From the UHGV virus genome UHGV-0308106: DNA of 55,105 nucleotides; one strand, written 5' to 3'. Below the pieces are notes generated by a model. That model saw only the letters and a list, made by a program, of their open reading frames with translations. It did no database searches and was not told the DNA's origin. The number at the start of each line of letters is the position of its first letter. The stretch's first letter is position 1. This DNA is from a virus. Of the stretch, positions 9,844-19,224 are shown one piece after another. Made by a program: the position numbers and the translations under genes.

Positions 9844-10383
9844 ATGCAGTCACTATCACTTCATCAAAATAGCGGATATCAAACGGCTGCGATGATAAAT
9901 CGCAATCAACCTGTCTCGGTAGATAAACATGACCAGATCCGCGATGCCGTTCGTGCGTGGGCGGGTGTAGATGGTCAGGATGTCGTTTCTGCTCTGATCA
10001 TCGAAGAGTACCAGGCTCAAGGGGGAGACGAGATCACTTTCCCTGATGACCTCAGCCGACAGCGTCAGAAGCTTTTCCGCTTTCTGGATAACCATTTCAA
10101 CAGCGAACGGTACCGCGAAAACGTTCGCCAGCTGACTCCGGCAATCCTCGCTGTCCTGCCGATTGAATACCGCAATCGTCTGCTACCAGAAGACAACGTA
10201 ATGGCTCGTCTGGCAAGGCTGGAGAAGGAAACCAGCGAAGCGAAGATTGCTGTCGCAATGGATGCGCCACGTCATCAGAAGCTGAAAGAGTTGAGCGAGG
10301 GGATCGTGGAGATGTATCGCGTTGACCCTGGGTTAACCGGTCCGTTGATGGAAATGGTGCAGATTATGCTGGGGGCTATATGA
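9844..10383 (+). CDS. YdaT-like regulatory protein
   Basis: 179-aa ORF; IIEEYQAQGG and LTPAILAVLPIEYRNRL resemble my memory of Rac YdaT; sits at CII position. Confidence 0.6.
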   Translation: MQSLSLHQNSGYQTAAMINRNQPVSVDKHDQIRDAVRAWAGVDGQDVVSALIIEEYQAQGGDEITFPDDLSRQRQKLFRFLDNHFNSERYRENVRQLTPAILAVLPIEYRNRLLPEDNVMARLARLEKETSEAKIAVAMDAPRHQKLKELSEGIVEMYRVDPGLTGPLMEMVQIMLGAI

Positions 10384-10467
10384 CCGGTTCAAAAATGGCG
10401 AAAGCCGCGGTGCTCGAACACCAACGGCTTTCAGGTGCAAAAACAGTGCGTAATTGCGGAGAACAGT

Positions 10468-11376
10468 ATGTCAAACACCGCTGAAATAATCAATTTCCCA
10501 AATAAAACCGAACAACCGGGAGGTCGTATGGCCGACCTGTCGAACGGGTATACCAAGGTCGCTAACGAGATCCAACAGCTTAAGCCTCGCCTGAGACTGT
10601 CAGGCCGGGAATGGCAATGTTTTGAGGCGGTGATCTGGCTTACCTACGGCTGGAACAAGAAACAGGACCGCGTGACAAATACGGTTATTGCCGAGCTTAC
10701 GGGCCTGAGCGATACGCATGTATCGGACGCGCTTAAGTCTCTCGCAGAACGCAAAATCATCTTTTCACAGAAGCAGGGCATGATGAAAATCGTCGGTGTA
10801 AACACTGACCTTTCAGCATGGATTTTAGACAAACCGGAAACGGGAAGAAAATTCCCGAAAACGGGAAAATCCTTCCCGAAATCAGGAATAACCTTCCCGA
10901 AAACGGTAGACACCCAATACAAGAACAAGAACAGTATTAAAAGATCTTCGTCCGAGAATTCTGACGAATCCTCTGACGCACGTCTGAAGAAATTTTTATC
11001 AACTCATCCTGAAGCTGCGGTCTACACACCATCCGGTGCGAAGTGGGGCTCTGCTGAAGACCTCGAGACAGCTAAGTGGATTTCCTCCAGGGTGAAGCTG
11101 ATTAACCCAACCTGCAAAGCCCCGGACATGACCTCCTGGTCTAACACTGTTCGCCTGATGCGCCAGATAGACGACCGGTCGCACCAGGACATCTGCGCGC
11201 TGTATGACTGGGCTAGCAAACACCACTTCTGGCAGACCAACATCCTGAGTCCCGAAAGCCTGCGTAAGCAGTGGGACAAGCTGACAATGCAGCGTAACGC
11301 CGGAGGTGAGCAGCGCGCTGTCAAGCCAGATCTGGACTTCAACAACACTGACTGGGCCTATGGGGTGATCCGATGA
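10468..11376 (+). CDS. replication initiation protein (lambda O-like)
   Basis: About 302-aa from ATG with GGAG SD; N-terminal O-like domain (REWQCFEAVIWLTYGW); iterons embedded mid-gene; 4-bp overlap with P-like gene. Confidence 0.8.
   Translation: MSNTAEIINFPNKTEQPGGRMADLSNGYTKVANEIQQLKPRLRLSGREWQCFEAVIWLTYGWNKKQDRVTNTVIAELTGLSDTHVSDALKSLAERKIIFSQKQGMMKIVGVNTDLSAWILDKPETGRKFPKTGKSFPKSGITFPKTVDTQYKNKNSIKRSSSENSDESSDARLKKFLSTHPEAAVYTPSGAKWGSAEDLETAKWISSRVKLINPTCKAPDMTSWSNTVRLMRQIDDRSHQDICALYDWASKHHFWQTNILSPESLRKQWDKLTMQRNAGGEQRAVKPDLDFNNTDWAYGVIR
10831..10910 (+). repeat. origin iterons inside O-like gene
   Basis: About four direct repeats of roughly 20 bp with core TCCCGAAAACGGGAA (units starting near 10834, 10852, 10873, 10893), encoding the repeated KFPKTGKSFPKSGITFPKT peptide. 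Confidence 0.6.
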
Positions 11377-12062
11377 AATCTCTTGCAGAGCAGATGCGTA
11401 ACCACGACCGCGAGCAGATGAGCCGCATGGCCCATAACCTGCCAGAGCAGTACCAGGAGTGCGCGCCGGTCGAGCAGGTGGCGCAGGTATTCAACAAGCT
11501 GTTCAACGAGCTGCGCGCCGCGTTCCCGGCCAGCATGGCGAACTTCCGCACCCAGGAAGACCTGAACGAATTCCGCCGTCAGTGGCTGCTGGCGTTTCAG
11601 GAGAACGGGATCCACACCATGGCTCAGGTCGATGCCGGCATGCGCATTGCCCGCCGCCAGGAGCGCCCATTCCTGCCGTCGCCGGGCCAGTTCGTCGCCT
11701 GGTGCAAGCAGAGCGGCGGCGCGCTGGGCGTCAACGTTGACCAGGTGATCGCCGAATACTGGGACTGGCGTAACCGCTCGTTCGAATTCATCTCCAGCGA
11801 GCAATTTCCATGGTCGCAGCCGGTCATGTACCACATTTGCGTAGAATTGCGCCACCGCAGCACCGAGCGCCAGTTAACGCATGGTGAACTGGCACGCGAG
11901 GCAGGCGATCTGCTGGACATGTGGGAAAGGCGCGTCACCGAGGGTAAGCCAGTGCCGCCGGTACGCCGGGCTATTGCCGCACCAGCTGCCGAGCAAGGGC
12001 CGACGCCGATCCAGCTGCTGCTGGCCAAGTACAACCGCAACAAGTCGAACGGGATGGTGTGA
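11373..12062 (+). CDS. P: replication protein P-like helicase loader
   Basis: 229-aa ORF; near-collinear similarity to lambda P as recalled (REQMSRMAHNLPEQY, RPFLPSPGQFVAWC). Confidence 0.85.
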   Translation: MKSLAEQMRNHDREQMSRMAHNLPEQYQECAPVEQVAQVFNKLFNELRAAFPASMANFRTQEDLNEFRRQWLLAFQENGIHTMAQVDAGMRIARRQERPFLPSPGQFVAWCKQSGGALGVNVDQVIAEYWDWRNRSFEFISSEQFPWSQPVMYHICVELRHRSTERQLTHGELAREAGDLLDMWERRVTEGKPVPPVRRAIAAPAAEQGPTPIQLLLAKYNRNKSNGMV

Positions 12063-12063
12063 C

Positions 12064-12303
12064 ATGAACATAACAATCCGTGAGCAGGTGCTGGCAGCCC
12101 TGCGCAACAACCCAGGGTTGAACAACGCCAAACTGGCAGGGCTTCCCGGAGTGGTACATCATCGATCAGGACTATCGGGGGCAGAAGTACGCGAAGGACA
12201 AGCAGGTTGCGCGTTGTGGCAACGCAGTTCCGCCGCCATTCGCCGAGGCACTGGTGAGGGCTAATTTACCGGAGCTTTGTCAGCAGAAAGAGATCGCAGC
12301 TTA
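12064..12303 (+). pseudogene. DNA methyltransferase remnant (frame-disrupted)
   Basis: ATG at 12064 opens frame MNITIREQVLAAL; a different frame carries the C-terminal tail ARCGNAVPPPFAEALVRANLPELCQQKEIAA ending at 12303; no intact long ORF. Confidence 0.3.
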
Positions 12304-12403
12304 ATGTCCGAGTTTCAGAACATGGTGTAACAAATCCTGCTACTTCAATGACGTAGATTCAAACCTGATATAATTAGGCTCTTCACAACACGAGGAGCCT
12401 AAA

Positions 12404-12640
12404 ATGCACCATTACATGATCCCTATCAACGGAACTGTTCACCTGATCAAGACTGACTCTCTAATCCCTGAAGGGACTGAGTATAGCTTTGAAGGAGAAA
12501 GTCTAATCTGCGCTCATGCCACTTTTAAATCTGGGACGTATGGCTTCCTGATACCAAAGGGAAATCAGTTGAATAGAGAGCATGCGTTCTGGCATGTAAG
12601 TGGAATTCACCCTAATCCCCTGGGAATGGATAAATCGTAA
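12404..12640 (+). CDS. hypothetical protein (moron)
   Basis: 78-aa ORF in AT-rich insert; AGGAGCC SD and TATAAT-like element upstream; flanked by duplicated methyltransferase 3-prime ends. Confidence 0.4.
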   Translation: MHHYMIPINGTVHLIKTDSLIPEGTEYSFEGESLICAHATFKSGTYGFLIPKGNQLNREHAFWHVSGIHPNPLGMDKS

Positions 12641-12910
12641 TCCATAATATGCATGCCATCGTCCTGAACATACGGTGGCATGCATCCGGCACTACAACAG
12701 AAACGTTAAAGTGCAAACAATACAATTCGAGCAATATTCAACCTGTCACAGATGGCGAATACCACCGCCATTTCGTGCATTCTGTGGTTTCTATTACCCA
12801 TTGCGTTAATGCTGTCCAATCATCAGCTCGCTGAGGCGCTGGTTAGGGCTAACCTACAGGAGCTTTGTCAGCAGAAACAAATAGCGGCGTAATAAAACAT
12901 CGCTAATTCA

Positions 12911-12938
12911 ACCCGCTACGGCGGGTTTTCTTTTTTTA
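12911..12938 (+). terminator. intrinsic terminator
   Basis: acccgc-tacg-gcgggt hairpin followed by ttttcttttttt. Confidence 0.6.
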
Positions 12939-12996
12939 CTACTGACAGAAAATTAACAATTTGTGCTCTTAAAGCGTTGATCATTTCCGCGCATAG

Positions 12997-13019
12997 GTAT
13001 ACTGTATAAAAACACAGTA
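12997..13019 (+). promoter_or_regulatory. LexA box overlapping -10 of dinI promoter
   Basis: TACTGTATAAAAACACAGTA (13000-13019) fits CTGT-N8-ACAG; TATACT -10 at 12997-13002. Confidence 0.7.
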
Positions 13020-13037
13020 AATGCAATGGGGGCCATT

Positions 13038-13271
13038 ATGAAAGTTGAATTAACCATTGATCGCATGAAAGAACTTCCTAAAGGCGCAGTACCAGCACTG
13101 GAGAAAGAACTGCTTAAGCGCCTGAATGATCACTATGACAATTGCAGGCTCACAATCCGCCGTGCCGGGGCCGATGGGTTAAGTGTTTTTGGTGGTGACA
13201 AGGACGATAAAAAGAAAATTGAATCAATCCTCCAGGATACCTGGGAAAGCGCTGACGACTGGTTTTATTAG
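13038..13271 (+). CDS. dinI: DinI-family damage-inducible protein
   Basis: MKVELTIDRMKELPKGAV...ILQDTWESADDWFY, DinI-like throughout; alternative start 13026. Confidence 0.85.
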   Translation: MKVELTIDRMKELPKGAVPALEKELLKRLNDHYDNCRLTIRRAGADGLSVFGGDKDDKKKIESILQDTWESADDWFY

Positions 13272-13388
13272 AATTGCGCTTAAGGCTGGCGCGCATTTTT
13301 CAGAATACCGCAATTTGCGTAACCCTCTGATGCTGCTGCCGACAATCTTTAATCGCGTCTGTTAGTCGCTCGAAGGGAGAACATAAAT

Positions 13389-13637
13389 GTGAGTGATTCA
13401 GCTTTGCAAACGTCAGAAGACAACTGGTATGACATTGTAAGAAGGTCTGACGGCTGCGTGGTGTTTAGCTTTCCTTCATCGGGCAGGCATCTAATTTATC
13501 GCGTCAATGGCATGGTTTCTATGCGGCCTTTGCTGGATGATGAAGAGGTCTTTACTCCTAATGGTTTTATGCAGTTTATTCACCGTCTCGGCTACCGGGT
13601 AACCCCACCTTCTGATAATATGAAATCAACGGTCTGA
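13389..13637 (+). CDS. hypothetical protein
   Basis: 82-aa ORF, GTG start. Confidence 0.35.
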   Translation: MSDSALQTSEDNWYDIVRRSDGCVVFSFPSSGRHLIYRVNGMVSMRPLLDDEEVFTPNGFMQFIHRLGYRVTPPSDNMKSTV

Positions 13638-13671
13638 ACAACCGTAACCTACTGCGCCACGGAGAGAAACC

Positions 13672-14271
13672 ATGGCGCACGAACTACAACTCATCAAGCA
13701 TTCCTCAGGAATCCTGATCCCCGCTACGCCGGAGACCAGTGATTTACTGCAATCAAAAATCAAACTCGGCTCCGTACTGGTGGCTGAGTTCCGGCAGGTA
13801 CGCAACCCGGCCTTTCACCGTCGTTTCTTCGCGTTACTCAATCTCGGTTTCGAATACTGGGAACCCACCGGCGGGGCAATCTCCTCCAACGAACGCAAGC
13901 TGGTAACCGGCTATGCCAAGTTCCTTGCCTCATTCGCGGGAAGTGAAGCAGCACTCCTGGATGCTGCTGAGCAATATCTGGACCGCATCGCCGATAAGCG
14001 TACTGGTAGCATCTGCGCCTGTAAGTCATTCGATGCATATCGTGCATGGGTCACTATTGAGTCCGGCCATTACGACGCCATTCAGCTGCCTGACGGCACC
14101 CTCCGCAAACATCCCCGCAGTATCTCATTCGCAAATATGGATGAAACTGAGTTCCAGCAGCTGTACAAAGCCGCGCTCGATGTTCTGTGGCGATGGATAC
14201 TCTCCCGATCATTTCGCAGTTGTGAAGAGGCAGAAAACGCCGCCGCCCAGCTGATGAGCTTTGCGGGGTGA
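13672..14271 (+). CDS. nin-region protein (DUF1367/YbcN-like)
   Basis: 199-aa ORF; motif RNPAFHRRFFALLNLGFEYWEP; position upstream of ybcO-like and rusA. Confidence 0.45.
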   Translation: MAHELQLIKHSSGILIPATPETSDLLQSKIKLGSVLVAEFRQVRNPAFHRRFFALLNLGFEYWEPTGGAISSNERKLVTGYAKFLASFAGSEAALLDAAEQYLDRIADKRTGSICACKSFDAYRAWVTIESGHYDAIQLPDGTLRKHPRSISFANMDETEFQQLYKAALDVLWRWILSRSFRSCEEAENAAAQLMSFAG

Positions 14272-14477
14272 TGGCGATGAAATTTTCCTGGTTCCACCAT
14301 CACGAATGCACCACCGAACAGGCCGACGAGCTGGTGGAGAAATACCGGGCGCGCGGTGTAAAGACAGAGCGCAGCCTGAATCGCGACAACATCACCTGGA
14401 CCGTCAGCGCGCAATTGCCGGAAGGCGATAACGCGCCTCGCCCGAGCCGGGTATGGCAAAGCAAGGCGTGGGGGTGA
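14268..14477 (+). CDS. hypothetical nin-region protein
   Basis: 69-aa ORF, ATGA overlap with upstream gene. Confidence 0.35.
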   Translation: MMAMKFSWFHHHECTTEQADELVEKYRARGVKTERSLNRDNITWTVSAQLPEGDNAPRPSRVWQSKAWG

Positions 14478-14479
14478 GC

Positions 14480-14770
14480 ATGGCAAATTTACGCAAAGAG
14501 GCTCGTGGTCGTGATTGTCAGGTTCGAATTCCCGGCGTCTGCAACGGTAACCCGGAAACGTCTGTACTGGCGCACATTCGCCTGGCCGGGTTATGTGGCA
14601 CCGGAATCAAACCGCCTGATCTGATTGCCACCATTGCATGCTCTGCCTGTCACGACGAGATCGACCGCCGTACACATTTTGTCGATGCTGAGTATGCTAA
14701 AGAATGCGCGCTGGAAGGTATGGCGAGAACGCAGGTTATCTGGCTGAAAGAGGGGGTAATCAAGGCGTGA
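14480..14770 (+). CDS. YbcO-like Cys-rich putative nuclease (DUF1364)
   Basis: [32 protein letters not shown]...CSACHDEID; overlaps rusA GTG start. Confidence 0.55.
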   Translation: MANLRKEARGRDCQVRIPGVCNGNPETSVLAHIRLAGLCGTGIKPPDLIATIACSACHDEIDRRTHFVDAEYAKECALEGMARTQVIWLKEGVIKA

Positions 14771-15129
14771 ATACTTACAACATCACATTGCCCTGGCCGC
14801 CGAGCAATAACCGCTACTACCGCCATAATCGCGGGCGCACGCACATCAGCGCAGAAGGGCAGGCATACCGCGATAACGTCGCCCGAATCATTAAAAACGC
14901 AATGCTGGATATCGGTCTGGCTATGCCTGTGAAAATCCGCATTGAGTGCCACATGCCGGATCGCCGTCGCCGTGACCTGGATAATCTGCAAAAGGCCGCT
15001 TTTGACGCACTCACCAAAGCAGGTTTCTGGCTGGACGATGCTCAGGTCGTTGATTATCGCGTTGTGAAGATGCCCGTTACCAAAGGTGGAAAGCTGGAAC
15101 TGACAATCACCGGGCTGGAGGCCGTATGA
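14767..15129 (+). CDS. rusA: Holliday junction resolvase RusA
   Basis: [24 protein letters not shown]...[18 protein letters not shown] near-identical to E. coli RusA as recalled; GTG start. Confidence 0.9.
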   Translation: MNTYNITLPWPPSNNRYYRHNRGRTHISAEGQAYRDNVARIIKNAMLDIGLAMPVKIRIECHMPDRRRRDLDNLQKAAFDALTKAGFWLDDAQVVDYRVVKMPVTKGGKLELTITGLEAV

Positions 15130-15262
15130 CATTTGAATCCTGTTTTTCCGATCACCTCCGCGTTCGCTGGCAGCGGCTTCGCTTATACCACTTTCCCGGC
15201 TCTGTGCTAACGGACTACCGGATACTGAAGAATTACGTGAAAACTTATGCTGGAGAAGCGCT

Positions 15263-16045
15263 ATGAACCTTGAAAACACAGTGAAATACCACTTCGCTAA
15301 ATCCACACTGATTAGCGATTCTCCGCGCGCTACCGCCTCCGATTCACTGACCGGTACCGACATAATGGCTGCCATGGGCATGACGCAGGAACGCGCCGCA
15401 ATGGGTTACAGCGCCTTCCTCGGCAAGATGGGCATAAGCAATAACGACCGGGATCGGGCGATCGGTCTGCTGGCTGAGTACGCGATGACAAAATGCGACA
15501 AGGTTGCCGCACTGCGTAAGCTCGGTGCCGCGGTTAAACCTCAGGTGATGCACCAGTTGGCCACCTTCGCTTTTGAGGACTATTCCCGCAGCGCTGCCAG
15601 CGTGAAGCAGTGCGATTGTTGTGACGGTCAGGGCTTCATTGAGGCTGACGTGTTTACCAATAAATTCCGTAAGCCAGAAGGGAAAATGACCGTGTCCGGG
15701 ATGGTGAAGGTCAAAGAATCCATCAAAGTGCTATGCAAAAAGTGTAATGGCTCTGGTGTGGTTAGTGCTTCTTGCAGTGATTGCCATGGGCGCGGCAAGG
15801 CAGTGAACCAGGCTCTTACTGAGAAACAGGGCGTTCCTGTTCTGGCTGACTGTAAGCGCTGCGGAGGGCGTGGGTATGAACGACTTCCGTCGACTGAAGC
15901 CTATGCTGCTGTATGCCAGATTACTGACGCCATTAGCCTGGACACCTGGAAAAAGTCTGTTAAGCCATTCTACGACCTGCTGATCACGAAATTTGATATC
16001 GAAGAGTCCTGGGCCGAAAAACAGCTTAAGCAGATAACGCGGTAA
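15263..16045 (+). CDS. late-gene antitermination protein Q-like
   Basis: 260-aa ORF after rusA and before lysis genes; multiple CxxC pairs (CDCCDGQG, CKKCNGSG, CSDCHGRG, CKRCGGRG). Confidence 0.6.
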   Translation: MNLENTVKYHFAKSTLISDSPRATASDSLTGTDIMAAMGMTQERAAMGYSAFLGKMGISNNDRDRAIGLLAEYAMTKCDKVAALRKLGAAVKPQVMHQLATFAFEDYSRSAASVKQCDCCDGQGFIEADVFTNKFRKPEGKMTVSGMVKVKESIKVLCKKCNGSGVVSASCSDCHGRGKAVNQALTEKQGVPVLADCKRCGGRGYERLPSTEAYAAVCQITDAISLDTWKKSVKPFYDLLITKFDIEESWAEKQLKQITR

Positions 16046-16143
16046 CGCCTATAGCGATAGCCTATGATTTTGTCTTGGGCTATTTACTTTTCCCGAATCT
16101 GTGTTAATTTTGTCCCAACGATGGGTTAATGCCTTCGTTTCAA

Positions 16144-16176
16144 GCCCTGCGGATAACACCGTGGGGTTTTTTGCGT
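16144..16176 (+). terminator. intrinsic terminator (tR-prime-like)
   Basis: ccctgcgg-ataaca-ccgtgggg stem with G-U pairs followed by tttttt, about 100 bp after Q stop. Confidence 0.45.
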
Positions 16177-16249
16177 TTCTGGAGACAGCAATACCAAGGT
16201 TCGAGACATTCAGGTAAAATTGATGCATTACAGGATGTGAGGTTGGGGA

Positions 16250-16819
16250 ATGAATAATCTACCCGATGATTACTTTTTGGATGCGGACGACGAACTCGTT
16301 GCTTTTCTGGAGAAGCAGGGCGAGGATTGTATACGCGAAATTCACCAGTCCAACGCACTAAACAAAGAAAATGGCCAGAAGTTATTGAGTATACTCATTG
16401 CTGGCGTGGGCTCGTCATTTTTGTTATTAACGCAACGTACAGGTTTTGATTACCTCACCGCTGGAATGTCTGTTTTTTTAGTCTACTGGGCAATGTGTGC
16501 GGCTTATCTTGTTCGCTGCGTCCTCGTTGTAAGGTCACGAGCTCTCGTGTCATCGACACCCTATGCGCTTTACCATGATGGCTATAAAGGGTTTACTGAA
16601 GATGATTACACTGGTTTTGAGTCGAAAGGATTTTCAGGAAAGCGTTCAACATTGAACGTCTTGCGGCGCTACCGGCTTGCGGATTTAACCAGAATGGCTG
16701 AAATGAGTAAAAAAGAGAATGCCAGAATAGGCCGAGAACTAGAAAGGGTAAGGATCGCTACAATCCTCACCCCTGTTTGTGCACTTGTAATCTCAGTACT
16801 TACTTACCTTTTTTTCTGA
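16250..16819 (+). CDS. membrane protein (moron between Q and lysis)
   Basis: 189-aa ORF with three hydrophobic segments; AT-rich; bracketed by two terminators. Confidence 0.45.
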   Translation: MNNLPDDYFLDADDELVAFLEKQGEDCIREIHQSNALNKENGQKLLSILIAGVGSSFLLLTQRTGFDYLTAGMSVFLVYWAMCAAYLVRCVLVVRSRALVSSTPYALYHDGYKGFTEDDYTGFESKGFSGKRSTLNVLRRYRLADLTRMAEMSKKENARIGRELERVRIATILTPVCALVISVLTYLFF

Positions 16820-17041
16820 TGTTTTCAGCAGAATCGGCAACAAAGGTATAACCTGTCCTCAGATTTCTTTCGGCTGGCTGTGGAGCCGGTTTAGGCTGTG
16901 GTGCGGGTTGAGGCTTATTTTCTCCAGATGGTTTGTTTGATTCACTCATATAATTCTCCATGTTTGATAGGGTTATTTTTGGCGATTTAACGATATCAAA
17001 TACAGTGATTTGCTGCTAGAGCATGCACTTATCTATAACTC

Positions 17042-17069
17042 GCCCCGGCACCCGCTGGGGCTTTTTTAT
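17042..17069 (+). terminator. intrinsic terminator
   Basis: gccccggcacccgctggggc hairpin followed by ttttttatttcc. Confidence 0.6.
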
Positions 17070-17183
17070 TTCCGGCTCACGGTAATCATCCGCTACGTGC
17101 TTTGTTGATAAATCCAACCCGTGAAGCCTGAGCCTATTTCCCCTCATACCTGAGAGGACTCACAGCAATTAAGAGGGGGCTAA

Positions 17184-17570
17184 ATGTCCGATCCAATTTC
17201 CGGTACTGGGCTGGCTGGTGGTGCCCTGACGGGTGCCAGTGTTTATGGACTGCTGACCGGAACTGATTACGGCGTTGTATTTGGCGCATTTGCAGGGGCT
17301 GTATTCTACATAGCAACAGCAGCGGATCTGAGCGCATCGCGCCGACTGGCATATTTTATCGTGTCGTATATTGCCGGGATCCTTTGCTCTGGGTTGGTTG
17401 GCTCCAAGCTGGCAAGCTTGACCGGATACAGTGATAAACCTCTGGATGCCATTGGTGCCGTAATCGTATCTGCTTTAGCCGTTAAGATCCTGACGTTCCT
17501 GAATAATCAGGATATCGGGTCGCTGGTGGCGCTCATAACGCGCCGGGGAGGTTCAGGTGGAGCTAAATGA
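17184..17570 (+). CDS. putative holin
   Basis: 128-aa Gly/Ala-rich multi-TM protein, first gene of lysis cassette. Confidence 0.45.
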   Translation: MSDPISGTGLAGGALTGASVYGLLTGTDYGVVFGAFAGAVFYIATAADLSASRRLAYFIVSYIAGILCSGLVGSKLASLTGYSDKPLDAIGAVIVSALAVKILTFLNNQDIGSLVALITRRGGSGGAK

Positions 17571-17838
17571 CCCGACAGCAACTATAAACGCGCTGTTATG
17601 TGCTTGTGTTGTTATTACTCTGATGTTTTATCGTCGTGGTGATTCGCGGCATCGTCCTTGGGTTTCACGTTTAGCCTGGCTGATTACTGTTACATACAGT
17701 GCTGTTCCGTTGGCCTATCTCTGTGGGATTTATCCCCATTCCTCATGGCCCATTATCGTGGCGAATACTATTTTTCTTTCCGTGCTGGTGGCCGTCAGAG
17801 GCAACGTTGCACGCCTGGTTGATCATCTGAGGCACTAA
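17557..17838 (+). CDS. membrane protein (holin/antiholin-like)
   Basis: 93-aa ORF with two or three TM helices, overlaps neighbours, directly upstream of endolysin. Confidence 0.4.
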   Translation: MELNDPTATINALLCACVVITLMFYRRGDSRHRPWVSRLAWLITVTYSAVPLAYLCGIYPHSSWPIIVANTIFLSVLVAVRGNVARLVDHLRH

Positions 17839-18452
17839 TGAACCAACAATTATTTCAAAAGGCGGCTGGTATCAGCGCCGGACTGGCTGTGCGCTGGTTT
17901 CAACCAGTAGATGCAGCGATGAAAGAATTCGGCATTACAGCACCCGCGGATCAGGCCATGTTCATCGCTCAGGTAGGTCATGAGTCTGGTGGCTTTAGCG
18001 CTGTAGTTGAAAATTTGAACTACACACCATCTGCGCTGGTGGCGACGTTCGGAAAGAGGATCACACAGCAGCAGGCTGATGCCCTTGGCAGAACATCCGG
18101 ACATGCAGCTCGTCAGGATGCTATTGCCAATCTGGTGTATAGCAACCGCCTGGGTAACAAAGCGCCCGGCGACGGCTGGAAATATCGCGGCAGAGGGTTA
18201 ATTCAAATCACTGGCCTCGACAATTATCGCACCTGCGGGGCTGCTCTGAAGTTAGATTTGGTGACTTCACCTGAACAACTGGAACAGGAACTACAGGCTG
18301 CGCGCTCAGCTGCATGGTTCTACACCTCTAAAGGCTGCATGATCTACGGTGCCGATATTAATCGTGTTACTCGCATCATTAACGGCGGTCTGAACGGTAT
18401 TGAGGATCGTAAGGTCCGATACAACAAGGCGCGGGCGGCGCTGCTGGTATGA
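17838..18452 (+). CDS. endolysin, glycoside hydrolase family 19 (chitinase-like)
   Basis: MFIAQVGHESGGF...YRGRGLIQITGLDNYR...INGGLNG motifs typical of GH19 phage lysozymes. Confidence 0.85.
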   Translation: MNQQLFQKAAGISAGLAVRWFQPVDAAMKEFGITAPADQAMFIAQVGHESGGFSAVVENLNYTPSALVATFGKRITQQQADALGRTSGHAARQDAIANLVYSNRLGNKAPGDGWKYRGRGLIQITGLDNYRTCGAALKLDLVTSPEQLEQELQAARSAAWFYTSKGCMIYGADINRVTRIINGGLNGIEDRKVRYNKARAALLV

Positions 18453-18841
18453 AGATGAGTTATTGGGCGCTTATTTTAACGTTTATTGCTTGTATTGCTG
18501 GTGGTCTTGTCTGGTCAGCGAATCATTACCATGGAAAGTTTCTGGAGGAACAGCGGCGCGCTGACGATGCAGAACAGCGCGCTGATTCCTTTGAGACCAT
18601 CACCGCGAATGTCCTGCGCACCGTAGCAATAACGAACATCATTCTGGAGACAAATCAATATGCCAGGCAGCAGATCGCACTGGAGTCACAGAGAACCGAG
18701 AACGATATCAAGGCTGCTGTTGCGGATGATGATTGTGCTGTTCGTTTTGTGCCTTCTGGCGCAGTTAAGCGGCTGCACGACTACGCGAACGGTCTACGTT
18801 CCAGTTCCGGTGGTTCCGTTACCAGCCAACCTGACGGCTGA
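18449..18841 (+). CDS. Rz-like inner-membrane spanin
   Basis: 130-aa; N-terminal TM then coiled-coil-like region; ATGA overlap with endolysin. Confidence 0.65.
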   Translation: MKMSYWALILTFIACIAGGLVWSANHYHGKFLEEQRRADDAEQRADSFETITANVLRTVAITNIILETNQYARQQIALESQRTENDIKAAVADDDCAVRFVPSGAVKRLHDYANGLRSSSGGSVTSQPDG

Positions 18842-19004
18842 AACACCCCAGCCAGATTTACCCGATCCGTTTACGTGGGGAGCAAGCCTTAACCTGAATG
18901 TTGCGTTGTTGTCAGCGTTAGCACAGTGCAACAGGGATAAGGCTGATATCAGGACTTTCGAGAACAACAGGGCAGGACAAACAGATGGCACGATTAAACG
19001 TTGA
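18726..19004 (+). CDS. Rz1-like outer-membrane lipoprotein spanin
   Basis: Starts inside Rz in another frame; MMIVLFVLCLLAQLSGC lipobox; Pro-rich. Confidence 0.6.
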   Translation: MMIVLFVLCLLAQLSGCTTTRTVYVPVPVVPLPANLTAETPQPDLPDPFTWGASLNLNVALLSALAQCNRDKADIRTFENNRAGQTDGTIKR

Positions 19005-19224
19005 AGTTATCCCACCAGACAGCGAGGTGCTGAACGGGATTTTTGCAGAGATTGAGCGCAAATATGCGCGTCAGCCGCTGACGCCAAAAGTAATTGATGA
19101 AATGCAACGCGAAGCGACGCGCCTTGTACGGCGAATGATAACCACAAAGGTTACGTTCGTCCGGGACTGACATTACAGAAGCCCTTCACTGAGGGGCTTC
19201 GATAATGGAGCACTGGGATTATTC

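Noticed and set aside
11358-12162. Antisense and alternative-frame ORFs across the O/P region (for example 11358-11855 minus, 11459-11740 plus)
   Set aside because: Embedded in confidently assigned O-like and P-like genes; Arg/Ala/Pro-rich as expected for GC-rich off-frame translation.
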